Part shown: piece by piece, positions 51,527 to 64,000 of the stretch
How the letters are laid out: each line of letters opens with the position of its first letter
How positions within the stretch are numbered: position 1 is the first letter of the stretch
Source of the DNA: Monocercomonoides exilis PA203
Taxonomy: Eukaryota > Protista > Preaxostyla
Direction: 5' to 3'
NCBI GenBank assembly: GCA_001643675.2
Contig: LSRY02000024.1
Location: 186,001-250,000, forward strand
DNA: 64,000 bases
The notes under the pieces: generated by a model
Told to the model about the DNA's origin: nothing
Databases searched by the model: none
Seen by the model: only the letters and a program-made list of their open reading frames with translations
Program-made: the position numbers and the translations under genes

Positions 51527-54500
51527 TTAGAAATTCATCGCTCTTTTGCAAGCGTTGCTGTGTTTCTGATAAAATTGCTCCGCAAGTTCTTCTTTTGTCT
51601 TTTTCTTGTTATATTTGCCAAATTGATACAGCCAGCTTTTCATCTGTTTTTTCATATTCGGACCAATTTTATCGAACACCCACAAGAATTTCCGATGAGT
51701 AGGTGTCTGCCGGAAAAGGCGGGAATAATAAATTTTCTTCTGCAAACGATGAAATAACATAATTTCTTCTTTCTTGTTTTTGCTGAATTTTTTGCTACTG
51801 TTTTGATCAGAATCGAAAAAAAAAGAGGGAAAAAAGGAAGTTCGGAAGAGGCATATTGGCAGAACAAGCACAGATTGAGAGGAAAGAGAAGGGAGAGAAG
51901 GAAAGAGAGAGGAAGAGGAAGAGGAAGAGGAAGAGGAAGAAGAGGAAGATGATGAAGAAGAAGAAATAAAAGCAGGAATAGGTGAAGAAGGAGAAGGAGG
52001 AGTGTTTCGTTGAGCAAAAGGGAAAAATGACTCATGAAATTCATTTGAATGGAAAGAGGTTATGTTTGAGGAAGAAGAAAGAGAAGAAGAAGAAGAAGAT
52101 GATGATGATGATGATGAATAACAAAAAGGAGAATAAGGAGGAGAAGAAGAATTAAAAAGAGAAGAAGAAGAGGAAGAGGAAGAGGAAGGAGAAGAAGAAG
52201 GAGAAGAAAAACAAGAAGGAAAACTTTTCATTTTTTGAGAAGCAGAAAGAAGAAGAAGAAGAAGACGATGGCGAGGAAAATGATGATTTTGATGAAGATG
52301 ACGAGAAAATTCGGTTTTATTCTTAATTTTTGGAGAATTTGAGGGAAAAAATGAAGAAATTGAAGAAGGAGAAGGAGAAGGAGAAGGAGAAGGAGAAGAA
52401 GGAGAAGAAGGAGGGGAAAGAGGAGGGGAAGAAGAATTTAATGAAGAAGAAGAAGAAGAAGGAAAAGGAGGAGAAAGAGAAGAATTTAAAGAATTTGAAG
52501 AAGAAGAAGAGGAAGAAGAAGAGGAAGAAGAAGAAGGGGAAGAGGAAGGGGAAGAGGAAGAAGAAAGAGAAGAAGAAAGAGAAGAAGAAATAAATCTATT
52601 AAAAGGAGTAAAAGAATTAACTGAAATGCAAAGCGGCTGAGAAGGAGAAGAAAAGGAGGAAGAAGAAGAAAAGGAAGAAGAAGAAAGAAAAGAAGAAGAA
52701 GAGAAAGAAGAAGAAGAAGAATAAAGAGGAGGAGGGGGAGAAGAAGAAGGCAGAAGAAGAGGCATATGAGGAGGAGGAACCGAAGAAGAAGGAGAAGAAG
52801 GAGAAGGAAAGGAAGAAGAAGAAGAAGAATTACATTTCGTTTTGATGTCATCCAAATCTATTTTCTCTATTTCTTTTTCTTTTTCTTTTTCTCTTTCTCT
52901 TTCTTCTTCTTCTTCTTCTTCTTCGTCTTCATTCGCTTTCTCTCTTCTTCTCTCTCTCTTTCTCTTTCTCTCCATCTTCATTTCATTCTCTTCCTTCTCT
53001 TCTTTCTCTTTCATCTTCTTTTTCTTTTTCTTTTTCTTCTTTTTCTTCTTCTTTTTCCTCTTCTTCCCCTTCTCCCAACATTTCCCATAGCTCTTCTTAA
53101 ACTCTTCCTGCATCTTTTTTAGCGCTTTTTCCGCATCTGTCAAATTTGACATGTCATTTTTCATGTCATTTTTAATTCTTTGCCTCAAAATTTCATTTTT
53201 TATTTCATTTTTCGTTGTTTCGTCGAGGCCTAAATTGGAAGAATCTCTTAACGTTGTCTCTAATTCCTCTATTGTCAGATGCCGCATTCCATAATTTCCT
53301 CTTTCGCTTTCTTCTCCCACTTCTTCTTCTTCTTCTTCTTCCTCCTCCTCTTCTTCTTTATCTTCTTCTTTATCTTCTTCTTTATCTTCATCATCACCTT
53401 TTTCTTCTTCATCTTTCTCTCCTTTTTTATTTTTCCTTCTTTCTTTTCTTTCTCGTCTTTTCTCTTTCTCTTTCCCCATCTCTTCTTCCTTTTCTTCCTT
53501 TTCCTCCTCCTCCTCTTCTTCTTCTTTCTTTTCACTTCCTTTTCCTTTCTCCCTTTTCCTTTCTTCTTCTTCTTCTTCTTCTTCTTCTTCCCACATTTCC
53601 CTCTCAAACTCATCTTCCACCCATTCTTTCCTCACCCACACCCCAAAAAGCCTTTTAAACGCTTTTGCTTCAGAAATCTGCCTCAAAATCACTTTTTTCC
53701 GTTTTTGCTTCTCCTTTTCGGAAATATTTACTTTTGTGTGAAAGTTTATCTTTGAATAATTTGAAAATTCTTTTTCATTTATTTCTTTTTTATTTGGTGC
53801 TTTTAACCTAAAAAATTGATCTTTTTGAGATATTTCCTCTTCTTCTCCCTCTCCTTCGATTTCTTTCCCCTTTCCTTCGCCTTCATCTTTCTCATCCTTT
53901 TCTTCTTCATTTCTCCCTCTCTTTTCCTCTTCTTCCTCTTCCTCTTCTCCCTCTCTTCTCCCTCTTTTTCTTTTCCCCTCTTCTCTTTCCCTCTCTTTCT
54001 CTTTCTCTTTCTCCTTCTCCTTCTCCACCATTCTCGACACCCTCCCTCTCTTTTCCATCCAATCTCTATCGCTCTTCATCCACCTCGCAATCATCTCCTT
54101 CTTCCTCTTCTCAGCCAAATCTGTTCTTTTTTCTCCATTCACCTCGTATTCCACATCCACACACATCTCTTTCCTCTCCTGCACAAGACAAGGCCAGCTG
54201 AGGAAATTTTGCTCCAAAAACGGATCGAGATACGAGGAATAGGTTGTGTCGCAGGAAGAAGAAGGAGAAGAAGAAGAAAATGAAGAAGAAAGAGAAGAAG
54301 ATGTTGTTGAAGAGGATGGTGAAGAAGATGGAGAAGAAGAAGAAGATGAAGAAGAAGAACAAGAGGATAATGACGATTGTGCAGATATCGAAGGAAAGAG
54401 AGTGCTTAAAGGTGATTTTGAAGGTGCGCTATCTTTTTGGATTTGTTCAATTTCTTGCTTGTCTTGATGTTCTGATTTTGTTTCTTTCTTTTGCTTTTGC

Positions 54501-55233
54501 GACTTTATAATCTCTTGTCGCAAATCGCTGAACATTTCTTGAGTAGATAAAAAATAATTCATATGAGGGTATTCAGGAAATGCTTCTATTATATGAATTC
54601 TTTCGTTTCTCTTTTTTATTTCCTCTTCATGTTCTTTCTCCATTTTTTGAATTGAATAATCTTTCAATTGAAACCCTTGAGTTGCATGAATCTCTTTCAT
54701 TTCATCAAAATGTTCGTCTCTTTTTGCTTTCTTTGTAGCATTCACTTTTGTCGTGGCATCTGTGGTCAATGAATGAATTTTGTTTTTTGGAGAAATAAGA
54801 ATATCTGATTTGAGCGAAAAATCAAAACTCCTTTGTTTTCAATATTAATATAAAATTTAGAAAAAAGGTTAAAAACCATATCATACTGTCTTAATTGGGT
54901 CTCGTAATCTTTGTTCATCAATGTGACATTTGGAGAAGATATGCTTCCTGAAGGATAAATTGAAATAGGCTTGTAAGTAAATTGAAAAGGCGAATCATAG
55001 CCTATTTCTTGGGAACAATAATTAGATGTGGAAGTTCTACCTAAACTACTTAATCCGTAACTTGTGCTTCCAAAAATCTGCAGAAATATAAGATATTTAA
55101 AAGTTTTGAAGTGAAAAAATAAAATAAGAAGAAATAAAAAAATAACATCGACAAATTTTCGTTCAATATCATACGTAATTAGACATAGTATTTTTTGAAT
55201 GATTGTCTTTTCTTTAAAGGAAATATGCCTCAT
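51527..55233 (-). CDS. Large hypothetical protein with alternating Ser/Pro and Glu/Lys tracts
   Basis: Open frame 51527-54769 (1080 aa) plus a probable upstream exon (about 54890-55080) joined by a GTATGA...AAG intron; true start uncertain. Confidence 0.7.
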
Positions 55234-55421
55234 GAATATTTGTTGTGTTATTAATTATGGATATGTTTGATTGTTTATTATTAAGTATAAGATCAAGAGT
55301 TTTAAACTTCAAATTTGGAGGTGTGCGCATCAATGCATAAAATTAAAGCAAAATTTATTATTATCAAGATATTTGTAAGCATTTTTAATTGCAGTATTTT
55401 GCGTTGATGTCTTCAAAATTA

Positions 55422-58400
55422 ATGAATCGTTCAAAATTAAGTTCTTCTCTCCGTTCGACAAAGTCGACACCGAGAAAAACGAAAAAAGGAAAAGTTTGCA
55501 CAATCACAATAATTTCATTCATTTTCACTTGCTTTATGTTTGTATCTTTTTATATAGGATAAAAAAAGAATCGACTCATTGGAGGAGGCCATTGCAAACA
55601 TGTCAAAAGCGTTTACTCAACAACTTGAAGAATTCAAAGCTCAAGTTTCTTTTTGGCAAAATGTATGCAAATCATTTTTTTCCTTATGAAGATATTGTTC
55701 ACACGATTGCACATTCAAATTTTAGGAAAAGGAGAAGCAAATAACTCAAATATTGGCATCAAATACGCAGATAATTCAGTTAAAATCCCAGCTATTTTTG
55801 TTGGATGAGATTCCTAGATTTGAAACACATCTTTTAGAACGCTCTCGAGATCTGGCTCAAGATGCTGCAAAGCAAGTTAGGCATCAATGCCTTCAGTCAT
55901 CAAAAGCGTTAGCAAGTGACATAGCAAATTTGAATCTGATTCTTCAACAGCAAAAAGTTGAATGCTCTGCTTCGTCATCAGCGCTGGCAAAGCGCATGGA
56001 TGATTTGCACGAACAGAATGCGTTATCAACATCCAAAGAAGAGGAGCGCTTGAGCGAAGTTGAAGCCAACGTGAATGACAGGATCCAATCTGTTCAGCGA
56101 GGTCTTTTTGCTGCAAAAGAAGAATTGGTCTCTTTGCGCTCGATGGTGGAAGAGTACACCTCAGGAACAGTCACCTCTTCCCTGTCTGATGCAGCAAGAA
56201 CTCATCAATTGGAGAACGAAAGAAGCGAAAAGGGAGCAACATCACAAGCAGCTGGAGACAACTCGTCGAATGCTGCTGTTCCAGTGTCAATTCAGAGAAA
56301 GATCAAAGAGTATGTCGGAGCAGCTGTTGAAGACGAGCGAGTGGCGAGAGAGAATCAAGTGAGGAAAGTGGAAAGCGTTTTGCTAGCGAACCAGCTGGAG
56401 AATCTGAAGGATATGAAAATGGAGATCAAGAAAGAGGCATCACGGGAAGCAGAGGCAGCAGTGCTGAACGAAATACGGCGTCTGGAAGATGACATCAGCG
56501 GAGGAAAAAGAGAGAGAAGAAGAGAGAGAAATGGGCAGACACGGAAAGAAAGAGACAGAGAAACAGGAGCAGATTCAGCAGAAGACGAGTTTGAGGCGAA
56601 AATGAGCCGAAGGACGGCGATAGAGGCGCGTCTGTCTGTTGTTGAGAGAGGGCTTGAGCGTGTGGGAATGGATGTGGATCGGCTGGAGGAGAAGGAAAGA
56701 GCGAGAGAAAGAGAAAAAGCAGAGGAGATAGACAATGAGAGAGAAAGAGATAGAGAAAGGGAGAGTAGGATGAGCAAAATGATGAATGAGAAGCTGGTTA
56801 TCGTGGAAGGGAGAATGGAGGAGAAGTTGATCGACTTGGAGAAGAAGATTGAGCGGCAGGGCAGAACAAACAGCACGGCCGCAACTTCACTTTCAACAAA
56901 TTCGTGCCAGAAAACACTTCAGCTGCCATTTTCTTCATCATCATCATCTTCTTCTTCTTCTACCTTCACTTCATTGAATGAGCAGATGAATGAAATTGGA
57001 AGCAAACAGCTGTCGATGCAAAGGCAGCTGGACGACGTGGAGAAGAGGGTTAGCCGTGTGGAAGAGGAAACTGCTCAATTAAAAGCAGAAAAAAGCAGAC
57101 ACAGAACAGAAAGGACGAATGAGAAAGAGAGAGAAAGAGAGAAAGAGAAGGAACGGGGAAAAGAGAGAGAAAGGGGATATGAGCGTGAAGATGAGAAAGA
57201 AGGGAAAAGAAAAATGAGAAAGGAGACGGAAGAAGAAGTTTTGGGGAAGAACGCTTCGAAAGAAACAAGACAGCATAGACACAAACATAAAGCAGCATCT
57301 TCAGAATCAGAAGACGAAGAACGAAACAGAAAACAAAGGCAATCGAAGAGAAGAGAAGGGGAGGAAGCTAAAGGAGAAGAAAAGCCACAAAAGGAAAATG
57401 ATAATCGAGAAATTGCAACTGTTTCAGAAAGAAAGGTTCAACAACCTTCAAGTTCATCATCATCTTCTTCTTCGTTTTCTTCTCGTTCTTCATCTCCAAA
57501 TCCGTTCTCAGCAAAACCTTTGTCTTCTGTTACCGCAACATATCGTCCTTCTTCTTCTTCTTCTCTTCCATCATCATCATCATCTTCTTCTTCAAATCCT
57601 TCTTCATTGAGTAATCCTTTCAGACCAATGAATTCTTCTTCTTCTTCTTCTCTTCACTTTTTCGATCCTCCGATGAGAGCATCAATTGCTCGTTCTCTTT
57701 TTGATTCTTCTTCTTCATCTTCTTCGTCTTCTTCTTCAGCCACTTCGCCTTCTTCTTCATCCTTTACATCGTCTGCTCAGATTTCTTCACAAAATCAACA
57801 GCCTTCGTCTTCTTCTTCATCTTCTAATTCATCTGGAAGCTCATCTTCTTTTGTTCCTTCGCCGCCTCATTTCAACATGTTTCTGCCTCCTTCTCCTTCT
57901 TCTTTTGCTTCTTCTGCACAAAATTCAGCTTCTTCTTCTTCAGCGTCTTCTTCTGATAACACATCAATTTCAAATAAATATCCAACTTCATCATCATCAT
58001 CATCATCATTTCCTTCTTCTTCTTCTTTCTCTTCCAATCAAACTTCATCCCAACAATCTTCAACTGCTTCTGATCAGCGTTCATCTACCAATCAGTCTGC
58101 TGCTTCATCTTTTTCTGCTTTGAGGTCGAAAAAGGGGCAAAGTCCAGGGAGAAGAAGAGGAGGTTCACAGAGCCCGTCTCTTGGTGTGATTGGAATAAAA
58201 AGAAATTGATCGTTCATTTATTTCTATTTTATTTTATTTATTTCAAAACAAATTTGTTGAATTGTCTTTTTTATTCTTTTTATTGTATTTGAAATATATT
58301 TAATTTATCAATTTTTCTTTTTATTTTCGAAAAATTCGAATTTGAAACCAAATTTCAGAACCATTTCCTTCCAATCCAAGCGGTCCCATGCATTATGCCT

Positions 58401-58552
58401 CGAGCTACGGAGCAAAATCGTTGAGTTCACGAGAAAGGACAAGGAAAGAAGAGAATTCGGAAGAAGAGGACGAAGACGATGAAGTTGAATCAAGTGATTA
58501 TGATGATGGAAGTGAGAGTGAAAGTGGAAGTTATGATGATACAGACAATTAA
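55422..58552 (+). CDS. Coiled-coil protein with Ser-rich and acidic tail
   Basis: Exons 55422-55493, 55558-55662, 55726-58183 and 58359-58552 all splice in frame at GT-AG sites; heptad-like N-terminal half. Confidence 0.8.
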
Positions 58553-59010
58553 AAAATGGAATTTTTGGGAAAAAAATAAATAAATAAAAAACAGAATAGA
58601 AATTATATCGTGAGAAAATCAGAATTTTTCGCATTTTTCGATATGTTTTTTTTTTCACCTCAATCGAATAAAAGTTTTTATTTTTTTAATCTTTAAGGAA
58701 GATCTATTTGTTTAAAGCAGAATCAAGCATTGTCAACATTTTAAGATTTAATTTTTTCACTGTTAAGAGAATTATATGACTTTGAGAATACCCTTTTGCT
58801 TGTGAATAATAGATTTTTTGATTTGAAAAAATCAAAACAAACAAAAAACCCTTTTTGTAATTCATCATTTCATTATCACATTTTTTCCTTGAATTTCCTT
58901 GAAAAACTTTTTTTCTCAGAATGTGATATTGGTTTATATAAAATTTTTAAACTAACTTTCAATTTTTTTCAAAGATCACTCTGACCGTATTAATATTTTT
59001 AATTTGACAT

Positions 59011-62000
59011 ATGAAATCTTTCGAGTTTGAGCTTTTTCCAGGGCATGAAATATTGAATATAGATGAAGAGCCGATACTATTTACTATATCACAAAGTTTT
59101 ACAATTGTTGGAACTCGTGAAGGTTTCTATTGTTCCTTCAAAAGAGAAATAATAATAAAACAACTTTTATCTCTTCTTGAAACGGCATTTCATGTTTCCT
59201 TGTAATTTATTGTCGATTTCAATTATATTTTAGGAAATATTCATTTATATTCGCATTCATCTTTGGCAGCTCCAATGTTTTCTTTTCGAGCAATTGGAAA
59301 GATAATTTCATCATTAACATTTATTCCAAAGCTTCAATGGTTTTGAAATATTTATAAATCAATAACTCTTAGTATTTTGTATTGTATATAACTTTTATTT
59401 TCAAGTCTTGCAAGCGTAGAAAGAGCAAGTGAAACATCAAGATGGTTTTTACGTTTATACTATTTTGGAACGAAAGAAGGCTCTGCAGAGAATACTCCAG
59501 AAAATTCTATGAAACTTGAAAATCACTATTATTTCCTTGTATGTTTTTTTCATCATTTATTATTTGAAGAAAATTATTTTGAAATTAATAGACTGTTTTT
59601 GAGTTTCCTCTTGAACGAGAGTATAGTACACTCACATTTTGCCCAATAACAGCCATCTGCTGCATTGCTTCGGGAAAAAAGCTGTCCCTCTTTGATTTTG
59701 TGCCAACAGAAACAACAGTGAATCCATTTACTTCATTTTCACCAAAGTACACTCCAGGAACTATGGCATATTCACCTCCAATTCACCAGCTTCTGTCATT
59801 TCGGCATCTTTGCTTCATCTTTCTTCCTTCAACTCCTTTGCTCTTATCAATTGCATACCCATATGTTGCATACTCTTCAGATACTTCTTCAGAACACACA
59901 GAAATTGATTCTTTTTGTTTTGATGAGAAATTAAATAGTTTCACAAAAACCCCAAAAAATTCATTGAACAAGCGCAAATCAAAAGAGAAAGTGACGATGC
60001 TTCAAATCAGCCTGCGGGAAATAGCAGCAGAAAGAACGAAGAAAGAAATGGAGGAGGAAAACAGGAGAAGAAAACAGAAGATGAAAGAAGAGTTTGAGAA
60101 GATGTTTGTGAAAGATGAATATGACGAGCTAATGTTTGACTTAGACGAGAAAAAAGGAAAAGAAAAAGAAAAAGAAAAAGAAAAAGAAAAGAAAAATAAA
60201 GCTAATTTTGCAAAAAAGAATAGCAATGAAGATGAAGAAGATGAAGACAATGATGATGTTTTTTCTCCTTCAAATTTTTCTTCTTTTGAAGAGGAAGTGA
60301 ATAAATCTTTGAATTTTGTCAATCAAAAACTCAAATCATTTTCTTCTTCTTCTTCTTCTTCTTCTTCTTCTTCTTCTTCTTCTTCTTCTTCTTCTTCTTC
60401 TTCTTCTTCTTCTTCTCTTTCTTCTTCTTCTTCTTCTCTTTCTTCTTCTTCTTCTTCTCTTTCTTCTTCTTCTTCTTCTCTTTCAAATCATTCCATTTCA
60501 CCAGCCACATCAGCACAATTATCCAATTCATTGCAACTACAGCGTCATCATCATAATCATTCATTTCATTCTTCTTCTTCTTCCTCCTCCTCTTCTTCTT
60601 CTTCTTCCTCTTCCTCTCCCTCCTCTTCTCATCCCTGGCCCGACCATTTCCACCCCATCTTCTTATCCAACCCCCTTTTCTCTTTCTCCTCCAATTGTTG
60701 GGAGCCTCTTTCTTCTCCTCTTTCTCCTTCTGCCGTCACATTCACTTCTTCCTCTTCCTCATCTCTTTTCACTCAGCTTGCTCTTTCTCCTTGTAAATCA
60801 CAATTTTCATCATCTTCTTCTTCTCCTTCTCTTTCTCTTTCTTCTTTCTCCCCTTCTCCTTCTCCTTCTTCCTCTTCTCCTCTTTCTCTTTCTCTTTCTC
60901 TCTCTTCCTCCACCAATTTCCCCCTCTATTTCCTTCCTTCTCCTTCTCCTGACATCCAATCTTCGGTTTTCCCTTCTTTCTCTGCCCCCTTTGCCTCTAC
61001 TTTTTCTCATTCTGATTCATCAGTCGTATTTTATGTGAATCAAAGAGAAGAAGAAGAAGAAGAAGAAGAAGAAATAAAAGAGGAGGAAGAAGAAAAGAAA
61101 GAAATGAAGAAATTGTGGGGAGAGGAAGAGAAGAAGAAGAAGAAGAAGAAGAAAAATGATTACATTGTTGATTCAAATAAGATGCATAGAAAACAAAAAG
61201 TTATTTCTTCTTCTTCTTCTTCTTCACTTCCTCCTTCTTTTTCTTCTCTTTCTTTTTCAAAACCTTCAAATTCTTCACATTCTTCACATTTTTCTTCTTC
61301 TTCTTCCTCTTCTTCTTCTTCTTCCTCTTTCTCTTCTTCTTCTTCTCCTCCTCCTCCTTCATTTCACTCCCATTTCGACCCATTTCACAGCATTTCTCCT
61401 TCTCCTTCCATCATCTGCAATCCAGTCAAAGTTATCTTCTCTTTCACTTCTGACAATCCAAACATTCTTCATTCTTTTGAAAATAATGATTTCTTTCATT
61501 GCAATTCGAATTTTTCTTCTTCTTCTTCTCTTTCTTCTTCTTCTTCTTCTCTTTCTCCTTCTCCTTCTTCTTCTTCTTTAAATCAGACAACAAAATTTAT
61601 TTCTTCTTCTTCTTCTTCTTCTCTTTCTTCTTCTTCTTCTTTTTCATCTTTATCATCATCACCTTCTTCTTCTCCTTCATCTTCTCACTCCATTTTTTCT
61701 CGTCTTCCAATTATTCGAACAAAAGCCGATTCTTCTTCATCTTCCTCTTCCTCTTCCTCTTCCTCTTCTTCCTCTTCCTCTTCTTTTTCTTCTTTTTCTT
61801 CTTCTCCTTCTTCTTCTTCCTCTTCCAATTTAGATAAAACATCAACTTCTATAAAATCAAATTTTTCCTTTTCCAAAAATGAAAAAGAGACAATTTCTTC
61901 AAACCAGAAAAAGGAAAAAACGAAAAATTTTCAGAAATTTCAATCAAAATTCACAGAAAATTCGAATAAAAGCCAAAAAAATGAATGGAAATCGAATACT

Positions 62001-64000
62001 TTCGAAGGAAAACGCGAAAAAGAAGAGAAAATTACGATTTTGGATGGTTTTGGAATGGAAAAGTGCAAAAATGGTGGAGAAGAAAGAGAAAGAGAAGGAG
62101 AAAGAGGAGGAAGAGAACGTGAAATTGTATTTGATGAAGAAGATTGCAGAGGAATAGAAATGAAGCTGTTCACTTTTCATTCGTTGCTTGAGATTGGAAA
62201 CACAAGAAAGAGAGAAGAAGAGAAAAGAGGAAGAGAAGAAGAAGGAAGAGAAAGAAGAGAAAGAAGAGAAGAAGAAGAAGAAGAAGAAGAAGAAGAAGAA
62301 GAAGAAAATGAAAGAAATCTTTCCTTTTTTGAGGATTTAATGAAGGCAATAGCAAAAAGCATAAATAACAAAGATATTAACAATAACCAATTAATTTCAT
62401 CGCATTTTTCATTTCCTTCTTTTTCATTGAATTCATCATCATCATCATCATCATCATCTTCTTCTTCTTCTTCACTTTCTTCTTCTTCATTTTCTTTCTT
62501 TCATCGCCCGCTCCTCTTCTTCTCCACCCCTTTCTATGCCCTTGTCATTGACGCTTCTTCTGGTTTTGTTCTTTCTTCACTCAAATTCCCCGAAAAAGCC
62601 ATTTCCGTTTCGTTTTCTCCTCTTTTCCTCCATCTTTTGACAGAAAAACGACAAATTTATTCGTTTTCTCTGCTTTTGCCTTCGTTTTTCGATTCTTCTT
62701 CTTCTTCTTCTTTTTCTTTTTCTTCTTCTTCTTCTTCATCTTCTTCTTCTTTCAAACAAAACCAAACCCTCAAAAATGAAAGCGTTTTCACTCAAAAACA
62801 AAGAAATTTCAATGAAAATTCAAAAAAACTTATCATTTTTGGGGAAAAATTCGTTCATGAAGGAATTACGTCTTCGTTTCGTTCTCTTTCTCCGTCTGAT
62901 TATTCGATTGTTGGCAATAAAAACTTGTTTCTTCTTCTTTTCAAGCAAAACATTACTTCTTCTCTTTCTTCTTCTTCTTCTTCCTCTTCTTCTTCTTCTT
63001 CGAGACAGTTCAATCATTTTCCTCTTTCTCTCCATTCTTCTCATTCTTCTCTTCTTCCCAATCGTTTTTTGCATTCGAGACCAACAAACCCTTTCCCTCT
63101 TCTAACTCTTTCTTCTTCCTCTTCTTCCTCTTCCTCTTCTTCTTCCTTTTCTTCTCCCTCTCCTTCTCCTCTTTCTTCTCCTTCTCTCTTCCCTTCTCTT
63201 TTTCCCTCTCCTTCTCCTTCTCTTTCTCCTTCATTCTTTCCTTCCCCTTCCACTTCCATTTCACCTTCCCCTTCTCTTCCTCTTCTTCCCTCATTCTCCT
63301 CCTCCTCCTCCTCTTCTTCTTCTTCTCTTTCTTCCTCTCCCGTCTTCAATTTCGTTGAACATCAGCCGATTTCTCATTCTTTCAATGATATTCAATTGAA
63401 TCAGACAGAATTCAATGAATTTTCTTCATTTAACTCAAAAAAACAAATAAATGATGGAATTTTGAATAATTCTTCTTCTTCTTTTTCTTCTCCTTCTCCT
63501 CTTCCTCTTCCTCTTTCACATTCTATTTCTTCTTCTCCTTTTTCATCTTCTCCTTCTCCTCTTTCTTCTTCTCCTCCTTCAAACAATTCGCTTTTATCTT
63601 CTTCTTCTCCTTCTTCTTCTTCTGATTCATTAAACACACCAATTTCATATCATTTCATTCCAATTAGCTCAAAACAACATTCATCATCATCATCATCTTC
63701 TTCTTCTTCTTCTTCTCTTCCTCCTCCTTCTTCAAATTCTTCTTGTTTTATTTCTTCTTCCTCTTCTTCCTCTTCTCCTTCTCCTCCTTCTCAATTTTCC
63801 TTCCCCAGCCAACCAAACATAAATGCAATAGAAAACACAGTTATTTCTTTTCATCCATCTTCTCCTTCTTCTTCTTTCTCTTCTTCTTCTTTCTCTTCTT
63901 CTCCTCCTCCTTCTTCTTCTTCTTTCTCTTCTTTCTCTCCTTCTTCTTCTTCTTTCTCTTCTCCTCCTCCTCCTTCTCCTCCTTCTCCGTCCACATTACA
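59011..64000 (+). CDS. HPS3: Probable HPS3 (BLOC-2 subunit) homolog with long low-complexity insertions, 3' end beyond the window
   Basis: Exons 59011-59122, 59234-59339, 59406-59538 and 59592 onward. Motifs FRAIGKIISSLTF...LASVE...FLRLY, VFEFPL...LTFCPIT...KKLSLF, TPLLLSIAYPYVAYSSD and (same frame, 62502+) FFSTPF...LSSLKFPEKAISVSFSPLFLHLLT follow the order of HPS3 N-terminal motifs as I recall them. Confidence 0.72.
60342..60480 (+). repeat. (TTC)n microsatellite encoding poly-Ser
   Basis: More than 20 uninterrupted TTC units followed by interrupted units. Confidence 0.95.

Noticed and set aside
52330-54510. Many short Leu/Phe- or Lys/Arg-rich ORFs, also at 60000-63640
   Set aside because: Antisense or off-frame shadows of GAA/TCT tracts in real genes.
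58359-58480. GC-rich island that looked like a structured ncRNA
   Set aside because: It splices in frame as the last exon (58359-58552) of the upstream coiled-coil gene.
1-64000. CRISPR arrays, tRNA or rRNA genes
   Set aside because: None recognised by eye; no regular repeat-spacer pattern or cloverleaf motifs were seen.

Overview
AT-rich eukaryotic genomic DNA with short GT-AG introns and the standard genetic code; the style (GTTTG/GTATG donors, GAA/TCT low-complexity tracts, an expanded 'ELExCxExEQKxKIxEMN' helical gene family) suggests an oxymonad such as Monocercomonoides (inference). About 1-50 kb is a repeat-rich accessory region. It holds six copies of one two-intron gene family (3 apparently intact, 3 decayed), a decayed DIRS-type tyrosine-recombinase retrotransposon with ITRs and an internal complementary region, a decayed pogo-like DD35D transposon, two ~260-bp MITE families, three long palindromes, an ABCC transporter pseudogene and surface-protein pseudogenes. 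The best lead: two of the gene-family copies sit inside two related 3.1-3.5 kb non-autonomous elements with 15-bp TIRs (TAGACCTGTGCGACA) and perfect 8-bp target-site duplications, i.e. hAT-like Pack elements carrying an intron-containing host gene. About 50-64 kb is gene-dense: a LYAR zinc-finger gene, two low-complexity proteins and a probable HPS3 (BLOC-2) homolog that runs off the end of the window. All homology calls were made by eye from motifs, not from database searches.
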